Positions 28,801 to 39,820 of a DNA stretch of 64,000 nucleotides are shown piece by piece. Source of the stretch: Trichoplax adhaerens (taxonomy: Eukaryota > Animalia > Placozoa). Position 1 is the first letter of the stretch, and each line of letters starts with the position of its first letter. Under the pieces are notes generated by a model, which saw only the letters and a program-made list of their open reading frames with translations, did no database searches and was not told the origin of the DNA. The stretch spans positions 6,525,648-6,589,647 of the forward strand of contig NW_002060947.1 of NCBI RefSeq assembly GCF_000150275.1, read 5' to 3'. The translations under genes and the position numbers were made by a program.

Positions 28801-29705
28801 ATTATCTAATACCTAACTACAAGTGTAATATTCTATCCATTTTAATATATCAAAGCCCAAAATTGATAATTCATTGTAGAGTGTGGCATATTAAATCATG
28901 AAGAGATGGTAAACAACAGTTTAATTGATTCCAACTTGTTGATCGTATTCAATCGCCATTGACAAATTGATACTACCCTAATAAGGCTGTCATCATCGCA
29001 TGGATCATGATGTTACAAAGGTGTCCTGAGTTTTAACTTTGTCAAGTATGCGATGCAAAGATGGCCATGATCAAGCTCAAGCTACTGTTGCAATAAGAAT
29101 TCACATGTACATTTTCTCTATCATAAAATTGGTGCAATGTTTGGTTACAAATTCGCGAGATTATGACAGAGAAATGATCTCTCTTGTTTGACGAGATTTG
29201 AACAAGGAATGTACTTAGCCCTACCGGTGGAAAAAGTAGGAAAAGGACGATTTTAATCCCTGATCGTACTGTCGTTGCACCTTATTAGCATTGCTGTTAC
29301 AGTCACTTGAAAAGACTGCTTCTGCCGATCAATAACAGTTATGAGCAAACCCGCTGCACATGTCTGCATTGGAAGATCAATACACGCGTTATCATGAACT
29401 GTCGTTCATTCGTCCTCTATGTAGGTGTTAAGAGTACGAATCGATGAAGGCATCGGTTAAAGTGTTCCAACTACCGACACAGATCTGTCATTATTTGCCA
29501 TCTACCGACAGTCTGAAGTTCTTCATCCCGTCATTCAGACATTACTTACTATTTAACAAGGATTATTGATACTATAACTAAACCAACATCTGGTGGAGTA
29601 TTTACATGCTATTAACTCAATCCGTTACCTTTCCTTGGTGGCTATACGGCGATAATTTCTTCTTGCTGTCCAATATTGATTTACTAATTTCTGTTTTCCA
29701 GACAT
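25838..29705 (-). CDS. CDT1: DNA replication licensing factor Cdt1 (multi-exon)
   Basis: Exons include 29629-29705 (MSGKQKLVNQYWTARR, PIP box), 28465-28726, 28242-28357 and 27729-27929 (PAYKKY..LPIP..FHSIDTVVNLLHNRNE..TF). An exon from 27573 gives HLAQIKTVYPKAY. Later exons give KRWHPSFKLDKVPDI, LKGVPQSLID and a C-terminal winged helix (ESHLRLL..DWL..KGEYCKINK), with TGA at 25838-25840. GT-AG junctions are phase-compatible where checked. Confidence 0.92.
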
Positions 29706-29899
29706 TGGACTAGTTCCTATTGGATGCAGTACACCAGTAGACAGATAAGCTTGTATAATGGAGAGTATTTCAAGAAATTCAATCCGACATGGCGACGATT
29801 AACTAGCTTTTACATCAGGTTGATTGATTTTTCCGGTAGCCTTGCAGTTCATCCTATCAGCATCGATCCAGGGACGCTACTCTTTTATCCCATTCAAGC

Positions 29900-30025
29900 C
29901 ACGTGAACTCCATACTGATATTGTAGCAATTTGCTATTGTTTCAGTAGTCCTTGTCATTCACTATCAGCTGCGTTGGACAAGCGTATCAGCTGCGTGTAT
30001 TGGTGTCACGTGCAACTGTCACGTG
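29900..30025. promoter_or_regulatory. Three E-boxes (CACGTG) 200-320 bp upstream of the Cdt1 start codon
   Basis: CACGTG at 29900, 30007 and 30020; the last two are TGTCACGTG. Located in CpG-richer sequence. Confidence 0.5.
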
Positions 30026-30400
30026 TATCCGGTTTCGCTACAGTGCAGAAATAAATATCATTGTAAAGCACAGTATATAGTACTGTAGACGATTGTTTAT
30101 TTGGAATTGTTTACCAAGGTTGTGTTGAGAGGTTAACTGATGTTGACGACATTTTCAGCTCATTTTAAGCTCATTTTTTGTTCATTTTTGTAGCTTTTAG
30201 TAAGGAATTTAGCACCGTTTACACTCGAGGCCTTCCGCTAGGCCAACTTACAGAGTTCATTTTGTACTGTACTGGTAGTCTTGTCTATTTCTACAAGTCC
30301 GTGTCGATAACTGTCATTAACCATTGACTGTGCTGTTACTACTGTATACTGTATTCAATTGCTGACTCATACAGTACTATGGGAGGGATTTCACTGTGTT

Positions 30401-30452
30401 GGTATGGGGCGGGTGATGGGGATGGTATGGGGGCGGGTGGTGGGGATGGCGG
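30401..30452 (+). other. G-quadruplex-like motif
   Basis: ggtatggggcgggtgatggggatggtatgggggcgggtggtggggatggcgg contains six runs of 3 or more G. Confidence 0.55.
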
Positions 30453-31737
30453 AGATAGCGCATGTCGATAGTGGTACTGTAATAAGAGGGATTGCGACTG
30501 TCATGAGAGGAATACCTCTTGCAGAAATTGGAAACGACAATTTTCTAGCACTCCATTGCATAATATTGAATTGTCCACCAGTGTAAGTCTAAATTATGAC
30601 GTGTACTGTAGCATAAACTACTCGAAAAACACTATGAATACACCGCTCATCGTGTAAACTACTCATGGAGCGTATAGTACAGCTGCTATCCATGACTAGC
30701 TAGTTTGAGCTGTGCAATTCAATTTATTCAATTACTCATTTATGGCGAATAGAATTGACACCAGTGCGTAAACAGAGACATTGCCCAGTCCTTTTCAGTA
30801 TTGATTCATGGCTGATAATGTCCAACACTTGCATAGGCAGTGATTTCCCGATGCCAAGGGTAACTTGATCAGCGATGTACAATGTTGGAAGCTCGCACCT
30901 GCAAGCCACATCAAGGCAAAAACATCTTTTTCATCCTCTTGTCGATTCATTCTACATTGTTGTTGGCGATGATATCTGTAGACCGGAAAGCCCAATGCAG
31001 TTTTATTGGACTGGGATAGTCATGATGGATTGATTGATTTATTAGTCCGATGTGCACAGCAATCGGAAACCGTCGCGCTATCGATTTATCCAGCGCAACC
31101 AATGCATTGGTTGAAGACGCCATTTTCATGATTAGTTTGCACCATCATCAGTACATCTGTCAACATAACATGTAGAAAGGTATCGCCAACTAGATATACA
31201 CTCCACTGTCTGTACATTGTACAACATAAGGGACATCAGGAAAAAGAAATCCTTTTTTGTGCAAGCCATTGTCGTTCCGACATGGGGGGGGGGGGGGGGG
31301 TAAACAGGCCCCCATTTTCCACCCTTTACCTACAATATCATTGTGTACATCGTCCAAGCAGGGACAAGTACAATGGTCTAAGTGGTTCAGTTGCCCTGGC
31401 ACGGTAGCCCAACCCCAATTGTCCTACTACGACTGTTTACATTAATTATTCTCCTTGTCTTGCTTGGACACGCGGTCAAGACAGAGTATGGTAGCGGAAA
31501 CAAGCAAGACGTGAAAGAGGATAGTAGGAGAACGCTGGAATAACCTGCAGGGAGGATCAAGCTTGACCCATTGGACTTTTTTCTTCTTCGCCTAAAAGCA
31601 GTCTAAACAAGGACTAAAGGACATGCTTAAAATTGAAATTAACCACATCGCCGATTAAGATTGCTCTTCTTTTCTGCCTTTTTACCTTGCTTCAAGTTGG
31701 AAGAGCCAGCCATTCGGTAATGTTGATTAATCTCGTT

Positions 31738-32577
31738 TGTGATCGTAATATTCCATCCATAATATCCTATGTTGCAAGGGTCTGATCATAACAACTCCAT
31801 GTTATGATTGGATCGATCGTAATCTAGTTCAACGATTGTTTTTGATGATTTCTTGCCTTGATTTCTCAACAACCATCGCATTCGACTTGGATAATAGTAT
31901 CCTCTGCTAGTTATTCCTAATTGAAATAGAAGTTACTGTGATCGCAATATTCCATCCATAATATCCTATGTTGCAAGGGTCTGATCATAACAACCCCATG
32001 TTATGATTGGATCGATCGTAATCTAGTTCAACGGTTGTTTATGATGATTTCTTTTGCCTTGATTGCTCAACGACCATCGCATTCGACTTGGATAATAGTA
32101 TCCTCTGCTAGTTATTCCTAATTGAAATAGAAGTTACTGTGATTGCAATATTCCATCCATAATATCTTATGTTGCAAGGGTCTGATCATAACAACTCCAT
32201 GTTATGATTGGATCGATCGTAATCTAGTTCAACGATTGTTTTTGATGATTTCTTGACTTGATTGCTCAACGACCATCGCATTCAACTTGGATAATCGTAT
32301 CCATTGCTAGTTATTCCTAAATTGAACTTGGATAATAGTATCTACTGCTAGTTATTCCTAATTGAAATAGAAATCACTGTGATCGCAATATTCCATCCAT
32401 AACATCCTATGTTGCAAGGGTCTGATCATAACAACTCCATGTTATGATTGGATCGATCGTATTCTAGTTCAACGGTTGTTTTTGATGATTTTTTGACTTG
32501 ATTGCTCAACGACCATCGCACTCGACTTGGATAGTAGTATCCATTGCTAGTTATTCCTAATTGAAATAGAAGTTACT
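31738..32577. repeat. Young tandem array, ~200 bp unit x4
   Basis: Units start at 31738, 31937, 32138 and 32378 and differ by only a few substitutions. Unit 3 carries an extra ~40 bp internal duplication. Confidence 0.95.
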
Positions 32578-34918
32578 TTACTACTGACTGTTCAAGGTTG
32601 AAAAAGAAAGATAAAAGAACTTATGCTATACTGTACAGTGTATAGGATAGTCAATAACAAGCGTAGAATATGTAATACCAACGACAATCTACCATGTGTT
32701 TCGTCATTTTTCACATGATTGCATGGCAAAGTATATCGATATGATTGCGATGCACTTTGACGATTCTTGCATGGACAGTACGGGTAAAATTGGATCAATA
32801 TGCCTGTAAAGTTATACTATGCAAAAAATGATCCAACACCGGATAAAAATTGATTTAATGTGCTTACCGTTATTGCTGAAAAAATCGCCATAACACTACT
32901 TTGATGATTTCAATTTGTTTAGAAAAGAATTTCTACGAGGAAAAAATTAAATTTTCCATAGCAAATACTATGCTTGGTACACTTTGAAGGACATTGCCTG
33001 TCTCATATTTTATGCACGTTTTGACCGTATTTCTCAGCACTGAAATCAACAACTCTTTTGCTCTATGGCTTATCGACTTTAACCAATATTATTTATTTAT
33101 ATGCAATTAGTCACGATGATACACTTGATACCATTCTCCACGGTACTCTATACTAAATGATCATGTCAATCGCATTTTTCACGACAGTACTGGATGATTG
33201 AAAATGATTCCTTCATCATTCTCGTTCGAACAAAACTGTCAGAAATTCCCATCGTGATTCACAGTGACTCTTTACTAATGAAATCAACCATTGAATTATC
33301 GCTGTTAGCTAAAAATGAATCATATGATATTAGCGATCGTCGTTAACCCAACGCAAGCAGAATAACAATTTTGCCAAATAAATAGCAATTGATTTGCTGC
33401 TGTTATTATCCAGTACGAGGACTTCATAGTCATACCACTTGAAAATAAACAACAACAATTAAGATCGTTAGCAATATAGTAGAAAAAAAATGTTGACTCT
33501 ATGTGGAAGAAAGCAATACACGCGCTGATTCTACCAACAAAAGACTAACTTAATAATGGATACTTGCCTCAAACTTAACGTAGTTTGTTACGTAGTAGAT
33601 CATGCAGATACATCAATATTTATGCCAGTAAACCAATCCCAATAAGGCAGTGGTAGAAAAAATTCCTTGCATTTATTAAGGTTGACATAGCTAGCCTTTA
33701 CTTTCAGAAAGAGAACATTTCAGGTGTAGTCCATGCTATCTTCAATATCGGGAAAAAATACCAAAGTACCGTAAATAAGGTGGCACTTGAGAAATTGGCC
33801 ATTGTTTCATGACGTAGGCTTTGCCTTCGGAAAGATATCCTTTAGTTGCCGTAGATACTACTTTAAAGGCTAGAAAGCAAATAATTATATATTACACGAG
33901 TCCAATACAGTGTTGTATAATTGTTTGTGCCTGAAATTAAAAAACATGGTAATCTACCGGTGATAAGGATGTATACTTAGCAGCTATTGCCAATTTGTTT
34001 ATGAGGCCAGTGTGTTTGTACTCCATTGGTTTTCTATATTCTATTCGTGACAGGTTAGCGAATAATTGATGGATACTATGATCGTAAATGTTATGGCTAC
34101 ATTTATACGGTATTAGGCCATCAAACATCAAATCAAACCCAGTCTTTATCATGTCTATCGTCGATGCTTGACAAAAAATATTCGCGTCGTATATCGCAAT
34201 ATTGCTACCGTTTCTAAGAAAAAATTAATTTTTTTTAATGATAATATTTGCCCAATATACAGTTGCTATCCTCAACAGAATCAATTTGATATGATAGACT
34301 AGCAAAACAACAGTTCAACTTTTTTTCTGCCTTTAAATGCAGTTTTTGACTTTCTTACGCTTTCCTACGTACACTATCAGTAAATCTATAAAATACCTAT
34401 GATTGGATGAAAATATAGACTGTACAGCAATCTATATTGCGTTGCTATTGAAAGTTAGATCCACACATAAGAGCAAAGAAGAGTATAACCTTATCACGTC
34501 CTTATGTTACCAAAATCTTGAATTAAATGTTGTTATGGTGATTAATCAAGCATTTAATTAAAGTACAATTCTAGTCAAATGATGGATTTTGTAGAGGCTA
34601 GAGGAAGGAGTTGATTCTATCTTAATCTGTGTTGTAATTTTGTTTCTATCTAGACGTGAAGTCAAATATCATTGACACTCAAGTTGGATTAACATCGGTT
34701 GGATAAAACGGCGATTCTATTTTGAGTTTATCAGAAATCAACAAATACAACATACAAGGATTTGATCATGGCAGACTATTTCCGAAAGGTTGTGGTTTCC
34801 TTCAAATTCTGTCATAGAATACAATAAGCATTAATAGCATGCGAGCAAAAGTTTCCGATATGCTAGATACATTCAATTTGTAACGATAGCTGAAACAGTC
34901 TATTTTTGCCCACTCTAG

Positions 34919-37223
34919 TTCTTTGCAAAATTATCATTGCAACGTTTAGAAGGTAGCCTAGATAAAGATTTACAAGTCTGTGACGAAGTAAGTATTAATT
35001 CTGGTGGTAAGGTATTTGCTGGAATCATATGGAGAAAGTCAATAAGACCTTATGTAAAGTTTTGTTATCGTTGCCAATATGACAAGTAATCAAGTATCTT
35101 TGAATCCCCTAGGATATTGAGATGGCTACAAACAATCGTAGTGAGGCTAACTTCCTTGGTAAAGGCTCTTTTGGAATAGTATATCGTGGAAAATTGAAAG
35201 ACACAATCGTAGCCATTAAATTCTTAAAACCTGAAGTAAGTATTCATCTTGCATGCACAAATGTTTAATAACCGACATCATTCCAGCAATAGTCCCTGAT
35301 TCTAGTGCCAGCTTGTTTGAAATCAATCTGTCCTGTTAGCTCCTTTATCACAATACACCTTAGAAATTATCTGCTACAGATACCTCCATAGGATAATTAC
35401 GAATGTGGCTAATATTGCAAAACTAATGTTATTAGAATGCCGATGTTGTATTATTTGCTTAATGAATTAAATTTATTTATTCTCATATTGCTATTTTTTA
35501 TAGTTTGCTGCAGTCATTAAGAAAGAACTGTCTTCCCTCGTACGGTAAGATGATTGCCTTCTTTGCAGACTGTCACGGCTACTCTACTAGACTATTCGTC
35601 TTGATAAAATTAAACACCCTTGAATACGATTTACGTAGATTCCAACATGAAAACTTAATTCGATTATATGGCTATAATCGGAAAAACGTTTGCCTGGTCT
35701 TAGAATTTGCAGCATTGGGTCCCTTGAGAAATTCGTTGGAAGCTACGGTACGAGAATCATAAAGTTAAGCTCTTTCAATAGCAGTCTATCTCAGTAACTT
35801 CAAATATTAACTATAGGAGGCCGACGAGATTCTTACTGCTACACAAAGAATAGATATAATATTAGGTACCGCTAAAGGTTTAGAATATTTGCATACTGCG
35901 TTTTCAAAGGCATTAGTTCATCGAGATATCAGCAGGTACCAAAATTTTCATGATATAGATCGTAACATTTTATGTTGTAGCCTATATAAATTAAATATTC
36001 CCCCAAATTTCATTACTAAACACATAAAATTGCTATCTTAGTGGAAATGTCCTTCTCGATAAAAATCGTAAGGCGAAAATATCTGATTTTGGATTAGCAC
36101 GATCAGTTCAAGTCATAGAAAGAGAGTCGATTTGTGCTACTGCCTTCAAAGCTTGTGGTACTCATGGTTATATGCCACCTGAAGCCAAATATGGAGTAGT
36201 TTCCAGAAAGTATGATGTCTACGGATTTGGTGTTGTAAGTATTACTTACCATCAATTGTTTACTATGTTTCAATTGTACTAGAGTTAAGATAATATCACC
36301 ACTATACTGTACTAAAATTAAACTTACTAACATAATGATTGCTGTGTCCTTTTATTATGTACTTAGCTGGTACTGGAAATTATATCAATTCTTCTGCCAT
36401 ATTCAACCAAGAGATCACCTCATATGCTGGTAAATTAGCTATTATGTAGCCTATTCAATCCTTTTAACATTATCAGATCTACTGCATCAAATTTTACTTT
36501 CGAATTGAACGTTAACAAATTGTAGAGTGATATTTACTTTCAAAAGAAAGAAAGAAAACTTCCATTTCCATCGGATAAGAAGATTAAATGGCCAGCCAAA
36601 TGTGTATCAGGATTATTGGAAATTGCAGAAAAATGTTTACATATCAAAAGTAATAGACCTTACATCGATGAGGTATAGTAATATAGCCATCGCTTATAAG
36701 TACCTATGCCAAATTTTTTAAGTAACAGCCTTTTCATGATATTATTTAATCTCAATAGATACGTGAAGATTTAGAGGTTTTCATCAAGCACTTGGATGTT
36801 GATAAATTGAGTAAAGATTCTTCCACTACATCCTTTACACAACAGGACGAAAATAAAAACTTAAAGAAGGTTATCGTTCTAAAAGATGATACAGTTAATA
36901 TTAGACCTACGAAACCATCAAGCAAAAAACAACGCCGGCCGGCTTCGGCGCCTGTTACAGCAAAAAATATAAATATAGATGCTAAACCTCCTGAAAAGAG
37001 CCAATTAAAGATTTTTTTCATAGATGATCAAATCTCCACGAAAGTACAAGATAAATCACCTACGGATGAGGCTAAAACTGTTAAAGAGAAAAATGCTATA
37101 AATAAAAATTCCGCCAAAGTTCAAGATAAAGCATCAACGAATGACACTAAATCAGCAGGACAAACGAGTCCGATGACACCAGGAGAATCACCAGATCTTG
37201 CACTGTATACTACAGATGTCTAA
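34919..37223 (+). CDS. IRAK/Pelle-family Ser/Thr kinase (kinase 1), catalytic motifs intact, 5' end unresolved
   Basis: Exons 34919-34987, 35113-35235 ([22 protein letters not shown]), 35504-35544 (KKEL), 35639-35747 (QHENL), 35817-35935 ([17 protein letters not shown]), 36042-36234 ([32 protein letters not shown]), 36367-36429, 36526-36672 and 36759-37223. All junctions are GT-AG and in frame. Confidence 0.9.
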
Positions 37224-39820
37224 TCTGCTAACGTGCAAACCCGTCTTTTATCTCTACATTTACATCTAAATTTTGACTTCTTATCAGCAAACATGACGTA
37301 AAATAAATTGCTAACATTAAATCTACCTTCTATAACTAAAAATGATGTTCAAAATAGATACTAAACTTATAAATTGATGTGTTTATGCTGCGCATTAAAT
37401 CATGGATTGAAGAAATCAACTATTTGCAGATAAGAATTACTGCAATCCAGTTCATTTGACTGGTATCATTTCACATAGCATTTGAAGTTGCTAGGAAAAG
37501 ATCTTTTTGTATGATGTTATTTTAATCTAAATATTAGACTGGTTCGTTACTGTATCATTAACTTATTTGATCGGAATTTATGGTATAATATTTGAAACAT
37601 ACCAACTAACAGTGAAAATTCATGATATTATATTTAATTATTGAAAGAGTCCTTCAGCAATAATGTGCTAAGATCTTTAGTATTAATTATAATTACAGAT
37701 TGACTGAGCTTAAAGGATAAGTTTTACTGGTGCAACACTTGCAGCAATATTGGAATATTTTAAGCAACAGGAAATGGATATTTTAAATTCCATAACACCT
37801 GTTTATCGTGTAATTAAGTTGCTTTGAATCAAATTATAACCTTTTATTTACCATTTTGTTGGAACATTGATTTTAACTTTAAACGTTAAATGGCACCAAT
37901 ATTTACAGCAATTGAAAATTCTGATAGAATATGGTTATAGAATTCTAAAAAGCCTCTGAGGAATAGGATATTTGATTTCAATATGCCTTATATGCATTTA
38001 CATAGTTCTACTAGCTTTAGAATCATTGATCTCTTGAACAGATAATCAATAGGCTGCATACTGTGGTTAACAGTCCTGTAATAGTGTTCAGCTTTACTTC
38101 AAATCATTGGTTCTTAGAGTAAGGCTCAGTAATGTATACGCTGGATTCCATATCAATTTATGTTTTATACAGACATTCTTTGCACTATCGTTTTGTTCGT
38201 TAAACATATAAATAGAGCATATCCCTGAAAGCTCTTAATCAAAAATTAATTTAAGAATCATACCTAAATCTTGTCTCAATTCATATTTCTATGACTTACC
38301 TATTTATAAGCTTGAATAAAGTACGATTTTAGCCAAAATTCATGCAATCTACAATTACCCCTAAATAGTGCAGATTTGATAACGACTCCATCTTACTAGC
38401 TAGGATTAATTTTTTAAGCGGAATATCGATTAATTCTAAGATATCAACTTTCTTAATCCAAAGCCAGTAAAAACTAAGCATATACGGTATACAATACTAG
38501 AGACATTAGTAAACATACGTACAATTAACAGCAGGAAATTTTAATCTACCATATGATCTTTCATATTATTCGCGTTGTTTTCTCAGTGTGATAACAAGCC
38601 TTTATCATAAATACTATAAACAGTACGTATTCATTTGGCAATGCTTTTAATATCAACAAAACACTATTTAAAAACTAAACGCTATTTATTGATACCTGCT
38701 TGTCAGCTAATAAGTTACAGATATAGAAAGATGTAAATAAAATCCACATTTACTGTTGCATAAAGATCATATCATGGGTGCATAGATAGAATGAACTCAT
38801 TCATTGATGAGTAAGTACCGTGAAATAGTTTAAAATTATGAAAAAATTATATATATTTATGTACGGATTGTAAATAATAGTTATATAACGAGTATAAATG
38901 CTGTACTTATAAATACTGGATACACCCCCAAAAAATTATATTTTAGTAATAAAATTTAAGCGTAATACTCGTACTTACAACTAGGGTATGAAGATAAGTA
39001 ATTCCAAGCGGAAGTATGCGATCATGTAAAGATCAGTAATGAATTCACAGATAGACTTTTAAAGAAGTCCACGGCTTCTAATGATAAAATCAAATATTGT
39101 ATTAACTCTCACATTTGTTACAGCATCCACTTTGAAGTTTTAATTTGCACGTCCATCAATAAAATGTAAAGTCAATCTAAACATTCAACACAGTGAAAGT
39201 ATGGGGAAATTGCATCTGTTTTTCGATGATACTGTACGTATAAATTAGTACTGTTATCATTAGCATCTTTAAAGGATAACAGAATCATAAATAATTTCTA
39301 GTATAAAAAGGGAAACACCTATATGCTATATTATAGAATAAAATTTTTAACATTTTTACCATCTTATGGAAAGTTCTAATACACGAGGAGCCAAGACAGT
39401 CTATAGAAATGAATGTTAATAAAACGAAAACTTTCTATCTCCTCCGAAGTTCTGATCATTTATGATCGTATAGAAACGGTACTATAATAAGCATGATTAA
39501 TCAATTGGTTAAGTGCCGTCTGACCGATACTATAGCACATATTTTAGCTTCTAGCTTGGCTAGAAAAGTAGTCGTTATCAATTTATATTGTTCTACTTAC
39601 GATCAGTACATAAAAATATTTAATTGATTTCTCAAATAAACAATTTAAAATATAATTTATTATTAGTTTATATATAATTATCCGTCATCCTATAAGCTTA
39701 TGTACTCATTGTCGTCCTAGGATGTGATTTAGTTTAGTTCTCATCCCTTCCCATTTCTCATAAAGTACCAAAGGTTGCTTGCCTTTGGTATACTTCATCT
39801 TGAGTAAAGCAAAACCGGTC

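Noticed and set aside
31540-31720. Possible minus-strand micro-exons, including a KKKVQW (PP1 RVxF-like) peptide
   Set aside because: Could not be joined into a phase-consistent, recognisable gene.
31738-32577. CRISPR array or hammerhead retrozyme
   Set aside because: Units repeat over their whole length with no unique spacers, there are no cas genes, and the context is eukaryotic. No CUGANGA/GAAA core on either strand.
34919-37223. Horizontal transfer of a plant receptor-like kinase
   Set aside because: The plant-like motifs are shared by the whole IRAK/Pelle/RLK family. Intron pattern and base composition fit a native animal gene.
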